Counted from the first letter of the stretch, positions 1-59,371 are shown. The stretch is 64,000 bases of DNA from the human T2T-CHM13v2.0 reference genome, Homo sapiens (GCF_009914755.1 NC_060931.1); one strand, 5' to 3'. Numbers and translations: made by a program. Notes: a model not told the origin generated them from the sequence alone.

Positions 1-190
1 AAGTATTATGACAGCTACAAAAAATAGGAGAGAAGGGATTGAAAAAAATGTCAGTTAAAACAATTTCTGGCGGCCTGGTGCAGTGGCTCACGCCTGTAAT
101 CCCAACACTTTGGGAGGCTGAGGCGGGTGGATCACAAGGTCAGGAGTTCGAGACCAGCCTGACCAACATGGTAAAACCCCATCTCTACTA

Positions 191-397
<207 letters not shown>

Positions 398-1742
398 TTA
401 AATACAGAAAATGGAAGAAACTGAAACTGGAATAGAAGTAGACCACAACTGTAGTTACATAAAAGTATCCCTAATTCAAAGAAAAAAGCATTTACTCTTT
501 GTCCTGAACAGGTGTAGTCAAAAAAAGAACGCTGGTTTATGAAATGCTGACACGATTTCACTCTCACCTTACAGCAACAAAACTACCCTCAGAGGTTTTG
601 TACAAATGAAGGAGACAAAAATGGACCAGGGCTTACACAAGGACCGGGAGAACACACTGAAGACAAAACCTAACCAAAGACTACAATGCCTGGGCCAAAT
701 TTTGTGGCATAAGGAAGAGGAAGGAAAAGCAGGAGAAGGTCATTTGGGGTCACAGGTACAGCATGTGCAAAGGCATGGGGGCGTGGGAGCTCACAGAGTG
801 CTGGAAGAGCAAAAGAACTCATCGCCCACTGTGGGGGTTAGACATACAAGGAGAGTCTGGGGTTACAGCTTGGGAGGGGCGGAGGCCACATGAGGCTACA
901 AGGAGGGAGTCACAACCTGAAAACCAGACCAGCACTGAATTTGTAATTCAGAAAGATTCTGTGGCACCCCTTTGAAGAGAAACTGGGGTTAGGCTGGAAA
1001 ACCAGGTAAGAGGGTACAGCTGTAATCTAGGCAAGAAATTAATATAATCTGATCTAAGGCTGAAGCAAGGGAGACAGAAAAAGGCGACTTTCAAGAACAT
1101 TTAGGAAGTAGTAGCAGGGACAGGAGAAGGTGACAAATGTGGGAGGAAAGGGGAAATACTTCAGGATGACTCAAGTTTCCATCCCTGGGGAACTGAGAGG
1201 ACAGTGGTGGTCCTCCTGATATGAGGGTCCCAGAAAGAAGAGCAGGTGTTGGAAGAAGATGAGCCCACCCATAGTCCTGTGGTGTTGCAGGTTCCTGGGG
1301 AGACATCCCAGTGGAGACGATCTGCGGGCACTCATCACATTGTGTCACACATGCCCTTACCAAAAACCTGCAATGCCTCCCCAATGACCATACAAGCTTC
1401 CCAGCTGGCATCACAGCTCTACCAGGAGATCCTGATGCCCTTCCAGAGGCCAGAACTCTCAGTAAGGAAGAAAGAGTGGCCAATAACGGCCATTCACACA
1501 GCTTGGCACAGGGACTTCACAGTCAGCAAAATATTCACCTCCTCTCCTTATGCAGAAAAAACATCAGGCCTCCCCCTCTCAACAATCTTGGAGACAGATC
1601 TAGGTTTTGCCATTTACTAAGTGGGTGACTTAACCTCTCGAATCTGTTTCTTTCTCTGTAAAAGTAAAATATGATGACTTGGCCAAAGGTCTGTAATAGC
1701 TCCTCTTATTCAACTGTTAGTCCTTAATAGTTATTATTGATG

Positions 1743-2527
<785 letters not shown>

Positions 2528-2646
2528 GGCTGGGCACAGTGGCTCATGCCTGTAATCCCAGCACTTTGGGAGGCCAAGGCAGGTGGATCACAAGGTCAAG
2601 AGACCGAGACCATCCTGTCCAACACAGTGAAACCCCATCTCTACTA

Positions 2647-3671
<1,025 letters not shown>

Positions 3672-3963
3672 ACAGGCCTTTAGGTTGTCAGTCTTTTTCT
3701 TGATATTTGTGGACATTTGTCTGATCTCTTTTTCTTGATATATCTAACTGAAAAGACAAGAATAAACTAAACTCACTTTTAAATTTCAAATGAAATTACA
3801 TTTTTCATTGTTTAAGTCAATGGCCCTATCATAGACAAATTAATTTTTTTTTGACACAGAGTCTTGCTGTCACCCAGGCTGGAGTGCAGTGGCACAATCT
3901 CGGCTCACTGCAACCTCCAACTCCTGAGTTCAAGCAATTCTCACGCCTCAGCCTCCTGAGTAG

Positions 3964-4200
<237 letters not shown>

Positions 4201-4300
4201 TAGAGACGGGGTTTCACCATGTTGGTCAGGCTGGTCTCAAACTCCTGACCTGGTGATCCGCCCACCTCAAACTTGTAAAGTGCTGGGATTACAGGCGTGA

Positions 4301-4633
<333 letters not shown>

Positions 4634-5359
4634 TGAAAGGGAAGCTGAAATGGAATTTTTTTTTTTTTGAGACGGAGTTTTGCTCTTGTTGCCCAGGCTG
4701 GAGTGCAATGGCGTGATCTTGGCTGATCTCGGCTCACAGCAACCTCCACCTCCCGGGTTCAAGTGATTCTCCTGCCTCAGCTTCCTGAGTAGCTGGAATT
4801 ACAGACGCCCGCTACCACGCCCAGCTAATTTTTGTGTTTTTAGTAGAGACGGAGTTTCACCATGTTGGTCAGGCTGGTCTCGAACTCCTGATCTCAGGTG
4901 ATCCATCCACCTCGACCTCCCAAAGTTCCTGGGATTACAGGCGTGAGCCAGTGCGCCCGGACTGGAATATAATTTTTAAATTGAGGGTTGGGGAGAGGAG
5001 AGAGAGGTGATCTTATGAACATAGAAGAGGCCTGAGAGAATTAAATTGCAAAGAGAAAACAAGCCTGACTACCCCAAGGTGAGAGGCCCAAGGAAATCAG
5101 TTTTGCAGTCAGGAAAGCCCAAGCATTCTATCTTGAATGAAGATATAAAGTTACTAGATGTGAAAAGGGGGGAGAGGGCAGTTTTATGCATTTTTTGACA
5201 TATTTAAAAGAAAAAATTTTAAGAAAACATGCTGCACAAATACACTATCCATGATAGTAATGATGGTATCTTAATTGTCAAGTAAAACCCCATAGACCAG
5301 AAGCCTGATGTTAAACCAGGAAGAGAATGAACTCCTCTGATACTTTCCCCAAAACTTAA

Positions 5360-5587
<228 letters not shown>

Positions 5588-6249
5588 TGAACTCCTGACC
5601 TCAGGTGATCTGCCTGCCTCGGCCTCCCAAAGTGCTGGGATCACAGGCATGAGCCACCACGCCTGGCCAATCCTTCACATTTCTTTGGAGGGAATGCTAA
5701 AATAATGTTTTTTGTTTCCTCTGCACTCCAAATGAGACAACTGAGAATAGAAATATTATAATTTTAACAGTATTTTAAAACCCTTTTCATTAAAATACTA
5801 GATTCACCAACTAAGCTTTAAGAAGTACTCTTAGCTGGGCATGTGTGCATGTAGTCCCAGCTAACAGGGCGGCTGAGGCAGGAGGATTGTGTGAGACCAG
5901 TTTAAGGCTGCAGTAAGTTATGATCACACCACTGCACTCCAGTCTGGGCAACAGAGGGAGACTTCATCTCTGAAAAAATGCAGGCAGGTAGATGGCTTGA
6001 GACCAGGAGTTTGAGACCAGCATGGACAACATAGTGGGACCATGTCTCTGCAAAAAATTAAAAAATTAGCCAGGCAGCTGGGTGTGGTGTCTCATGCCTG
6101 TAATCCCAGCACTTTCGGAGTCCGAGGTGGGCAGATCACAAGGTCAAAAGTTCGAAATCAGCCTGGCCAGCATGGCGAAACCCCATTTCTACTAAAAATC
6201 CAAAAATTAGCCATGCATGGTGGTGTGGCCCTGTAATCCCAGCTACTCA

Positions 6250-6516
<267 letters not shown>

Positions 6517-6794
6517 TCAAAAAAAAAATAAAATCCTTTACACCTATAACAAAAATTAAGTTTAGCATTTTCAAAATTTTAATATAACACTAACAACAGT
6601 CTCTTGTTTGTTTATTTATTTATTTTTTGAGACAGTGTCTCACTCTGTCACCCAGGCTGGAGTGCAGTGGCGTGATCTCAGTTCAATGCAGCCTCGACCT
6701 CCCAGCTCAAGCGATCCTCCCACTTCAGCCACCCGAGTAACTGGGACTACAGGCATGTGCCACCATGCCCAGTTAATTTTTGTATTTTTTGTAG

Positions 6795-7104
<310 letters not shown>

Positions 7105-7445
7105 TAGCTGGGATTACAGGCGCCCGCCACAACACCAGGCTAATTTTTTGTATTTTTAATAGAGATGGGCTTTCACCGTGTTATCCAAGATTGTCTCGAA
7201 CTCCTGACCTCATGATTCGCCCGCCTCGGTCTCCCAAAGGGCTGGGATTACAGGCCTGAGCCACCGCGCCCAGCCTACAAAAACAGCCATTAGTCTTAAT
7301 TCTATCATATTATATTTCAAAACTATCCACAACTTTCACTTTGTAAATACATCTTTCCTCCATCCCCTGCAAATTATCAGTAATCTCTATAGCTCTCACA
7401 ATAGTGAGCATTTTCTTTAGGGCCAGAGCACAGAGAACACACTAA

Positions 7446-7592
<147 letters not shown>

Positions 7593-8385
7593 TAAAATTA
7601 CCACATCCAGCTAATTTTTGTATTTTTAGTAGAGAGGGGGTTTCGCCATGTTGGCCAGGATGGTCTCAAACTACTGACCTGACCTCAAACGAGCTGCCTG
7701 CCTCGGCCTCCCAGAGTGCTGGGATTACAGGCATGATGTCACCAGGCCCGGCAGACACACTGCATTCTAATATGCAAAATCATTAAGTCTATGAGGGTCA
7801 TTCATTCTGCAAATATTTACTGAGCAAGTGTCCTATGTGTCTGGCATTGTTGTAGGTACTGGAAGAAAAGGGTAATACCATTTCCTGTCCTCATGTAGCT
7901 TACAATGTATTTGAGAATATATCTGAGAACAAAATAAATCTCAGGACATGCGAGCTCCAAAGAATTAAAACAGGGTAAGGGGCTGAGAGTAAGAGGGGTG
8001 TTCTTCAGTGATGCCTCGTCTAAGGAGGAGACTTCTGAGCAAAGACAAGGAAGAACCAGACAGGAAAAGATGTGTGTGAGGAGAGCTCCAGGCAGCCCGA
8101 ACAGCACGTGTAAAGGACCTGAAACCGGAGCAAACTTAGTCGACAGTATGACCAGCTGGATTGTTCTCTCTCTCTCCTAGGTAAGGAAAAACGCTGCTTC
8201 ATTAATACAGTACATGCATGCCCCTGCCTCTATCAAAAGACACGTTCAAGGCCGGGTGTGATGGCACACGCCTGTAATCCCAGCACTTCGGAAGGCTGAG
8301 GCGGGTGGATCACCTGAAGTCTGAAGTTCAAGACCAGCCTGGCCAACATGGTGAAACCCCGTCTCTACTAAAAATACAAAAATTA

Positions 8386-8928
<543 letters not shown>

Positions 8929-9699
8929 TCAAAAAACAAAGATATGTTCAAGGCCGAGTGTGGTTGCTCAAGCCTGTAATTCCAGCACTTTGGGAGGTCA
9001 AAGCAGGAGGATTGCTTAAGGTCAGGAGTTTGAGGCCAGGCTGGGCAACACAGCGAGACCCTGTGTGGTGGCACATGCCTATAGTCCCAGCTACTTGGGA
9101 GGCTGAGGTGAGAGGATTGCTTGAGCCCAGGAGTTCAAGGCTGCAGTGAGCGATGATCACGCAACTGCACTCCAGCCTGGGCAACAAGAGCAAAATTCTG
9201 TCTCAAAAAAATTAAAAAAATAAAAATAAAAAAACCAAAAACATGTTCACAAGGAGTTGTTAAGTACGTACTGTTGGCTACTTTCCTAATGTTTGAACCT
9301 AACAATTGCCTAACCAACCCCTTTTCAATAGTGTTGTACAGTCTGATTTTCGACAGATCCCTCAATAGTCGAGGCTCCCCCAGGCCAATGGGGCATAGTC
9401 ATTTCATAGATGATTAGAGGCTTGGGGATGGGGGGGAGGGAACCTTAGTAACCCTTTATTTTTGGAATGGAAAAAAAAAGTAGTCTGACGGGACCAAATA
9501 TTTTAAAAACTAAACTCTTTGCCAACCCTACTCGGCAGGCAACGAAGGTGTGCTTCTAAACACCTCTGCGCAGGGCTGACGAGGAGGACTCGAATTTCAG
9601 CTTGCACAGCAGCACCTCCATCCACTCGTTAAGCATTCACCCAGCTTGAGGGCTGGAGAAAGCACTCTGAGTCTGCAGCCCGTCCACTCCTACTCTGGG

Positions 9700-10650
9700 A
9701 AATGCATACAAAGCAAGCAGTCCCCAGAGCCCGCGTGGCGCCTAGTAGGCTCCCAGTGAGCGGCGACGCAGGACACAGGGGTGGAACACGTGGGCTGGAC
9801 CCACAGAAGGCAGGCGCGGCGAAGCAGTGGCACCGTGAAGGGCTTCAGGGCCAGTGTTCCTCTGACGGAGGGACAAGAGTTTAGGGAGCGTCCGGGGCAA
9901 AGAAAGGGAGGAGTGGGAAGGGGGCCCCCGGCGGACAGCGCCGCGCGGGGAGGAGGGGAGCGCTCGGGCGCGGCGCCTCCGGACGACTGGCCGGGCAGAG
10001 CGGAGCGGGGAGCGGGGAGCGGAGAGCGGCGCCTGCACCGCGGAAGCGCAGGACCCACTGGGTTCCAACCGTGCTCCCGCTGGCACGATCCATAATGGAG
10101 GCGCCGCGGGCTCTGACCACTGCGGGGCCGCCTTCCCAGTCCGCCTTCCCAGTCCGCACTGCCTCTTGGGGCGGGGCCCTGGGGCTGGGGCTGGGGCCAG
10201 GGCCAGGCCGAGGAGCCCCGGCGGCCGCGGGGAGGCCGCGCACTTACCCGGAGCCTGGGAGCGCGGGCGCGGCGTGAGCTGGGCGGCGAGGTGGCCAGCG
10301 CTCTGGTTGGGACGCAAGAGAGCGGCGAAGGCCACTTGGATGAGCCAGCGGCTAGGGCGGCCAGGCAAAAGCAGCGCTTTCCGCGCGGAGGACCAGATGC
10401 GCTCCAGCCGACTCACCGGCGGCCGGGCTCGCACACGTGCGGCGCAGCGACGCGCCGCGGCCCGACTGGACCCGCCCCGGGGGCGGAGTCCGCTCCCTGC
10501 CGCCGGCCCCGCCCCCGGCCCACCCACTCGGAGCGGCCTGCAAGCCAGGGAGCGCCCCAACGCGGACTCCCAGCCTACGCGCGTTCACCCTGGACCTTCC
10601 TCGCGACCGCGCCTGAGTCGCACCAGCGGCAGAGAGCGATTTCACCAAGC
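9700..10650 (-). promoter_or_regulatory. PUS7: CpG-island promoter of a leftward-transcribed gene (PUS7 by synteny)
   Basis: Very high GC/CpG, GC boxes at ~10472-10490 and ~10508-10515, E-boxes CACGTG at 9787-9792 and 10434-10439; gene name from recalled gene order, no PUS7 coding sequence in the window. Confidence 0.8.
10248..10470 (-). other. PUS7: Non-coding first exon (5' UTR) of PUS7; 1-10247 is then intron 1
   Basis: Strong minus-strand donor CGG|gtaagtg (plus strand cacttac|ccg, 10241-10250) inside the CpG island; TSS position approximate. Confidence 0.7.
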
Positions 10651-10846
10651 ATCTAAGAGTTCTTTAGATCTTTAGGAAGTCTAAGGCAGCGATTGCCTCC
10701 TTTGGTGTTATATTCTAAGTGTTTCCTTCACATAGTTGTGGCCCTTTCACGTTGCACCGACCACGCAGTTGACAATAATGGAAAGAGAATCACTTTAGGG
10801 ACTAAATATTGTTCTACATTTGATCCTGGGAATGTAGTGGATCTAA

Positions 10847-11403
<557 letters not shown>

Positions 11404-11654
11404 TGACTTCGTGATCCGCCCGCCTCCGCCTCTGTGTTGAGATTACAGGCGTGAGCCACCGCTCCCAGCCTCTAATAGTTTTTCCGTTTTGTTTTATTTT
11501 GTTTGAGAGAGAGTCTCACTCTGTTGCAGGGTTCAAGCGATTCTCCTGCATCAGCCTCCCGAGTAGCTGGGCCTACGAGTGCTTGACATCATGCCAGACT
11601 AATTTTTTTGACGGGGTTTTTGCCTGTTGGCCTTGAACTCCTGACCTCAAGTGA

Positions 11655-13830
<2,176 letters not shown>

Positions 13831-13910
13831 AAAAAAAATCTCTGAGAGGCTGGGTGCAGTGGCTCACACCTGTCATCCCAGTACTTTGGGAGGCTGAGGC
13901 GGGCGGATCA

Positions 13911-14270
<360 letters not shown>

Positions 14271-15779
14271 TCAAGGTACAAGTGAAACATGGATTTTTAG
14301 TTTTCTGTTTTCCAAAATGGGCAACTCTTTATTGGTTTTTTAATTAAAATAACACAAAAGTGTTCAAAACCTCTTCCTAGTATCAACTTCTTCTAATAAA
14401 CATGTAACAGTTGAATGTTGTCTTCAACTTCAAAATTCCATTCTAACACGTCTATTATGTATAACGTACAGTATCCTGCTTTTAACTCCACCTCACACTA
14501 CAGATTGCTAGGTGCCTATCACACACACTTTCTCTCTTCTTTCATCCTTATTATTGACTACTATGCTGTCCACTTCGGATGCCTTTCTCCATGCCCCAGA
14601 TAGTAGTTCACTGTTTTCTGTGTTCCCTCAGTCATTGCCAACATTTCTGTTGTCAAAACTATACACTTAATCTTAAATTATTTATTTCCCTATTTCCTTT
14701 ATCAGAAAGTGGATTTTTCAGAAGCCAAAATTTGGGTTTAGGGCATTATTTTTTCTCCTTTAATTTTATTTTTAATTGTTATCAGAGTTATACATGTTGT
14801 AATTTAGAGTCAAATAATTCTGTAGAAACTTTGTAAGGTTTGCAATGAAGCAGCAGGGACTGTATTCCCACTTCAGCCCTCACCTGTTTCCATCTTCTCA
14901 AAAGCAGTCATTTCACCTCTTTTTTTTTTTTTCTTGAGACAGAGACTTGCTCTGCTGCCCAGGCTGGAGTGCAATGGCATGATCTTGGCTCACTGCAACC
15001 TCCGCCTCCCACGTTCAAGCTATTCTCCTGCCTCAGCCTCCTGATTAGCTGGGACTACGGGTACATGCTACCATGCCTGGCTAATTTTTGTATTTTTAGT
15101 AGAGATGGGTTTTCGCTATGTTGGCCAGGCTGGTCTTGAACTCCGGACCTCAGGTGATCCACCCGCCTTGGCCTCCCAAAGTGCTGGGATTACAGGTGTG
15201 AGCCACCGCTCCCGGCCCATTTCACCTCTTTTAACTAATTTTTTTGATATTTACCTTAATCTCTCCATGTAATGTGTTTGTATTGTTATTTCTTGATTTT
15301 TCACTTTTAGACATTATTTACTGACTTCACTTAATGGAAAATAAAGATTTAGCTCTCTTTCCTTCCCCTTTCTCCACCAAACTTTCCATTCCTTATACTG
15401 TCCTTTTTTTGGATTTATGTTTACTTCATTATGACTAGGTAAATATCATTCACATTTTAGGCAAATAAGAAACTATGATTACTTCTCTTCTGTACTGCTT
15501 TTGTTTTTCCTCTAGTTAATAATTATCTTATTTTAGTTTACTATTCATCACTAGACCAAGCCCAAACCCCTCAATGATTGTGTAAATCTCCCCTTTCCAG
15601 AGGTTTAGATGAGGTGTTCTATTTTCATCTTTCTGAAGCAGTCTCTTCTGGAACCTCCTGGCCTACGCCAATCTACGCCTATTGCACAGTTGTTCTCAGG
15701 GCATCTCTGTTCCTGTATTGAATCTTTCTGTTTCCTATATCCTATGTCATCTTTATTCTTGGTTTACTCTCTTATTTTA

Positions 15780-16182
<403 letters not shown>

Positions 16183-16307
16183 CTATTTTTATTCTTGACT
16201 ACAAGAGTGTTAAAAAAAACCCCACATTTTTATTCTAACCTCACATTTGATTCATAGTTCACTAATTAAGTACAGAATTCCAGTTTTTGGCCAGGCGTGG
16301 TGGCTCA

Positions 16308-16676
<369 letters not shown>

Positions 16677-16835
16677 TCATGCCTATAATCCCAGCACTTT
16701 GGGAGGCTGAGGTGGGCAGATCACCTGAGGTCAGGAGTTCAAGACCAGCCTGGCCAATGTGATGAAACCCCATCTCTACTAAAAATACAAAAATTAGGCG
16801 GGCATGATGGCGGGCACCTGTAATCCTGGCTACTA

Positions 16836-16940
<105 letters not shown>

Positions 16941-17154
16941 TCAAAGAAACAAACAAACAAATAATAAATAATAAAAGGGGCACTCACTTGTGAAAATGGG
17001 GAGGATAAAAATAAATAAATAAAATAAAAAGAGCATTCAGAGAACAAAAAATATGACAGCAGAAATTAAAAGCCTCCTGGGTTCAAGCAATTCTTGTTCC
17101 TCAGCCTACTAAGCAGCAGGGACTATAGGTGCACGTGCCACAATGGCCAGCTAA

Positions 17155-17310
<156 letters not shown>

Positions 17311-17425
17311 TAATTTCTGCTGTCATATTTTTTCATCTCTGAATGCTTTTCTTATTTTATTTATTTTTACCCTCCCCATTTACAAGTGAGTGCTCCTTTT
17401 ATTATTCATTTATTTATCTATTTAA

Positions 17426-17686
<261 letters not shown>

Positions 17687-17744
17687 TGAGATTACAGGCA
17701 GGAGCCACCGTGCCCAGCCAATGCTCCTTTTAAATAGTATCCTT

Positions 17745-18385
17745 TTCTCTCATATGTGGGAGCTTAACATTAAACAAATTGAATTCAAGGAGATAGAGAG
17801 TAGAATGATTGTTACCAAAGGCTGAAAGGGTAGCAGGGAGGAAGGCATAAATTGGGGATGGTTAATGGGTCCAAAAATACAGTTAGGGGCCAGGTGCAGT
17901 GGCTCATGGCTGTAATCCTAGCACTTTGGGAGGTCAAGACAGGAGAATCGCTTGAGCTCAGGAGTAGAGCCCAGCCTGGGCAACATAGCGAGTCACTGTC
18001 TCAACAAAAAAAAGTTAGCCAGGAATGGTGGTGCCAGTCTATAGTCCTAGCTACTCAGGAGGCTGAGGTGGGTGGATCCCTTGAGCCCAGGAGTTTGAGG
18101 TTACAGTGGGTTATGGCTGCACCACTGCACTCCTGCCTGGGCAACAGAGGGAGAACTTGTCTCAAAAAACAAACAAAAAAACCAAAACCAAAACAAATGA
18201 CGACAACAACAACAATAAAACAGGGTGACTACAGTTAATAATTTATTGCATATTTTAAAATAACTAAAAGAGTGGAATTGGACTGTTCCTAACACAAAGA
18301 AATGATAAATTCTCAAGATGATCAATACCCCAGTTACTCGGATTTGATAGTTACACATTGTATACCTGTATCAAAACATCACATG

Positions 18386-18386
<1 letters not shown>
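17745..18386 (+). mobile_element. L1MA-type 3' UTR fragment (host of the RNF181 pseudogene; resumes ~19240)
   Basis: agagagtagaatgattgttacca, ttgcatattttaaaataactaaaagagtggaattgg, tatacctgtatcaaaacatcacatgt. Confidence 0.75.
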
Positions 18387-19268
<882 letters not shown>

Positions 19269-19328
19269 TTATGTTCCCATAATAGGTAATTTAAAAAATA
19301 GTATCCTTGTTTTTTTTTTTTTTTTTAA

Positions 19329-19436
<108 letters not shown>

Positions 19437-20510
19437 TGAGTAGCTGGGACTACAGGCGCCCACCACCACGCCTGGCTAATTTTTTGTATTTTTAGTAGAG
19501 ACGGGGTTTCACCATGTTAGCCAGGATGGTCTCGATCTCCTGACCTCGTAATCTGCCTGCCTCGGCCTCCCAAAGTGCTGGGATTACAGGCGTGAGCCAC
19601 AGCGCCCAGCCATCCTTGTTTTATGCTTGCAATAGTAATTTGTAGCTCGATTATATATCTCTGTGCACATGTATTTGATTTTTCTTCTCACCGTGTGGTT
19701 TCTTTTTCCTCTGAGGGTTGCTTTCCCCCCCCCTTGTTTGTTATGGTCTCTATGGTACTCCTTCCGTGTTAGTTTGTTTAAGAGGCTGTCAAGTCCACAG
19801 GTCCTCTACACAACCCTTGCTGCTAGGTAGCTCCCTTTCCTCCTCCCTGGTAAAAGACAGGGTTTTGGGCGAAACACATGTTAGATGCTCTGTTCTCTTC
19901 ATTCAGCTCCCAGAACGCTTATAACCACCTCTACACCCTCTAGGCAGGAAATCAGAAGCTCATCTCTAGGGACTCTGACCAACGTTAAAAGAAATATCTA
20001 AAGATACTGACATTCATTGGAAACCCCCAACTAAATATTCGAACCAAATAACCCTGCACCGAAGCTCCTAGTCAACAAGCCCCCCACACTCTCAGAACAT
20101 CTGGATATTGCCTAAAATATAAATTTAAATTATTCATATTGAATTTAAGGCGTTGGGAGAGGGATATCTTAAAGTTCCATCATTAAGAGCTTCAATAAAG
20201 TGGAGGGGACTTTTACCGCGGTGGAGTGAGCGAATCCCTTCTCTGGAGCTCCATAGGGGAGGGTGCCCGCTTCCTGAGTGGCCGTTCCGACCTCCGGTCA
20301 GGAGGGGGAGGAACAGAGCACGGCCGGCGGCTGCACGGGCAGGGCCTCTCTGGGCTGAGAGGAAGAAACCAGTGAGACATCGAGAGGAAGTCGCTGTGGC
20401 ACTCAGTCCTACGGCCTCCGAGGCTGGGTAGTGAGTGTGTCGCTGGCCTTAGCCAGACTCCACAGGCCACGCTGGCTGCGAATGGAGCCGAGGACTCGCG
20501 CGGAGGCGAG

Positions 20511-55516
<35,006 letters not shown>

Positions 55517-55671
55517 TGTCTTTCAGAAAAAGGTTTCTTTGGTTTTTGTTTCTAAGAAAGAGGAAGCCAATTGGATTTCAAGTTATATGATGAAATTCTG
55601 AATTAATGAAACTGGAAAACTTTATAGAATTACTTATTATCTTGGATTTATGGTGTTATTAAAATGCTGAC

Positions 55672-55695
55672 CATATTTCCTTCATCCTCTTGTTC
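55672..55695 (-). CDS. EFCAB10: EFCAB10 24-nt exon (NKRMKEI) inside the RINT1 3' UTR; unspliced read-through ends WSAF* at 55659
   Basis: tttttgtttccttag| acceptor, phase fits, candidate donor TG|gtcagc. Confidence 0.75.
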
Positions 55696-55861
55696 CTAAG
55701 GAAACAAAAACAGAAAACGAAACAATGAAAACTCAATTCTATTTACAAGTATAAATGCTGAGTATGTCTGTTGAAGACGAGCAGAGATATTAAATTATAA
55801 CCAACTTTCAATTTCCTGTGCTAATTAAGGGAAATTCTGTTGTGGATAATCAAACATAGCC

Positions 55862-55867
55862 AATAAA
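55862..55867 (+). terminator. RINT1: Likely RINT1 polyadenylation signal AATAAA
   Basis: Canonical hexamer ~345 nt after the stop codon; ATTAAA variants occur earlier in the UTR. Confidence 0.7.
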
Positions 55868-57045
55868 TTTTTTTAAAACTCCCTTTGAATGCATATTTGT
55901 AATTGAGGCACCTGTATCTAGTTTGGGAATTAACTGTATTTCCATGAGGAAACTGGCAGGGCACAGTGTCTCATGCCTGTAATCCCAGCACTTTGGGAGG
56001 CTGAGGTAGGAGGATTGCTTGAGGCAGGAGTGCGAAAACATCCTGGCCAACATGTCAAGACCCTGATGCATGCCTGTAGTTCTAGCTACTTGGGAGGCTG
56101 AGGTGGGAGGCTAGCTTGAGCCCAGGAGGTCAAGACTACAGTGAGCTCTGATTGTGACACGGCACAGCAGCCTGGGCAAGCGAACAAGACCCTGTCTCTA
56201 AAGAACAAAACAAAACACATTGTGAGATGGTGAATAAGATAGGATTGTTCTTCATTTCTCACAAATGCCCTTCTATTTTAAATGCTTCCTAGTTTCATTC
56301 TGTGTGACAGTGGGCAACCCTTTCTTTCTGGATGAAACATTTCAGGCCATGGCACTCTGACTCAAACATTCCCATGTGGTAGGGAATGTAATTAAACATT
56401 TTTATTATTTATGTAACTTATGAGACAAAAGTCTCAAAAGTTTATTTTTTCTTGTAACTTTTCCTTGTCCTTGGGGTATATTCAATAATAGTTACTTGAC
56501 TAATAAAATCTCAGAGTAAAACTCTTTAAAAAATTGAGCTAGATTCCCTGGAAACTTTCCACAACTATTAAATTTTATTCCAATGGTTTTTCTCTGACTT
56601 AGCAGTGGGTTAGTACTTTTAATCCTGTAATATCTCAAAATCTAAAATTATCAGACTAACATGCAGCCTATGCTTCTGATAAACATTTACTTTGTGATAA
56701 TTTTGAGGAAATATTTTGAGATAGATTCTATTAGTATGTATTTTATAGAGAGAGTTTCCAGCTAGTGTGTTGAGCTCAAAATGTTTCTGTTTGTTAGTTG
56801 TCCTAGCATATTGGTGCTTCTTCACCTCATCCTTTGAGAATTGCTGGGGCTTCCTATTTAGAATGGAGCTGGCTGGGCACAGCCCATTACATGCCTGTAA
56901 TCCCAGCACTTTGAGAGGCCGAGGCAGTGGATCACTTGAGATCAGGAGTTTGAGACCAGCCTGGCCAACATGATGAAACCCTGACTCTACTAAAAATACA
57001 AAAAAATTATCTGGATGTGGTGATGCGCATCTGTAAGCCCAGCTA

Positions 57046-57228
<183 letters not shown>

Positions 57229-57408
57229 CTATTCCCAAGTTTAGGGACTTTACCGTCAGCCTTCCCTGTCCTCACTTTCCAGTCAGCTGAAAGTTTCAAG
57301 GGAACAAAATATTTCTTTCAAAAGATAGGAACCTGTTTTAAAGGTATTAATTGTGCTTCAAAATCATGCCACCTTATTAAAATATTTGTCACTTAAAAAT
57401 AAACTTAC

Positions 57409-57496
57409 ACTTCCTCCTTGAATTTATCCAAAGTTATTTTATGTCCATCATCTTGTAAATCTTCATCTTCAGTGCATAGACCCAGGGTTTTTAGGG
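57409..57496 (-). CDS. EFCAB10: EFCAB10 internal exon (ALKTLGLCTEDEDLQDDGHKITLDKFKEEV)
   Basis: ttttacag| acceptor, |gtaagt donor, phase continues from previous exon. Confidence 0.88.
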
Positions 57497-57612
57497 CTGT
57501 AAAATAATGAGAAGAAATGAAGTGAGAATTTTACAAAGTGAGAAGTATTTTCTGCTAGAAAAAACTGTGGAATGACCACAAACTATTACCTCAATTTGTA
57601 GAATGTACTGAC

Positions 57613-57777
57613 CTTCTTTATACTGCACAAATGATATGGTGCCTCTGCCTGAGGAGTCCATCATCTCAAACATAGCCACAATGTTAGAGTTATCCATAAA
57701 GAAAGGAAACGCCACGCCTGTTACTTTTGCAATTCTCAGTCGTTCCAATAGAGATATTAAATATTCTTTTGGTTTTT
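57613..57777 (-). CDS. EFCAB10: EF-hand calcium-binding domain protein 10, internal exon (EKPKEYLISLLERLRIAK...DSSGRGTISFVQYKE)
   Basis: cag| acceptor, G|gtcagt donor, EF-hand-like loop DSSGRGTISFVQY; first exon lies beyond the window. Confidence 0.9.
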
Positions 57778-58121
57778 CTGCAAAAGAATAGTTCCAGCTC
57801 TTTCTGATACGAAATTAAAATATGTCGCAAATAGAAGTAGTCATTTAACAATTATTAAACAGCTATAGCAAAGGCACTGTACTAGGCGCTGGGGACACAG
57901 GCCTTAGTTTTCATAAACAGTCCAGCAAGAAGGTAAGACATTGAACACTTAAATAATTACATATACAAATGCCCTATCTCAGATGATAGAATAGAAAACT
58001 ATAGAGACTGGACCTGGGCATTTTTTAGAAAAACTCCCCAAGTGACTATAAGTTGCAGACAGGGTTGAAAACCAAAAACATAGAGGGAACAGCATAATAC
58101 AGGGAAGAAGTTGGCAACCTA

Positions 58122-58653
<532 letters not shown>

Positions 58654-58847
58654 TTACTTTTCAGAAATAATGCAGAACAATCATGATGAAAAAGCCAAAA
58701 AGAGTAGTGATAGAGCAGTTTGGATGGTATATACCACTCCTGCTGCCTGACCATTTTATCATTTCAATCTTAAGCTTTACTCTTACATTTTTTTTTTTAA
58801 GTTAGAGACAGGATCTTGCTATGTTGCCCAGACCAGTCTCGAGCTCA

Positions 58848-59264
<417 letters not shown>

Positions 59265-59371
59265 TCATTACTGAGAATTTCATGTTTATAAAAGTAGACA
59301 GAAAAGTAAAATGAACCCATCGCCAACTTCAACTGTTAAAATTTGTGGCCAATTTCACTACAGCCCTATCC

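Noticed and set aside
1091-1628. Three overlapping 105-130 aa ORFs
   Set aside because: Partly L2-like intronic sequence, no recognisable protein or exon structure.
9690-10675. Long overlapping Arg/Pro/Gly/Ala-rich ORFs up to 272 aa
   Set aside because: Expected stop-codon depletion in a CpG island; no recognisable domain.
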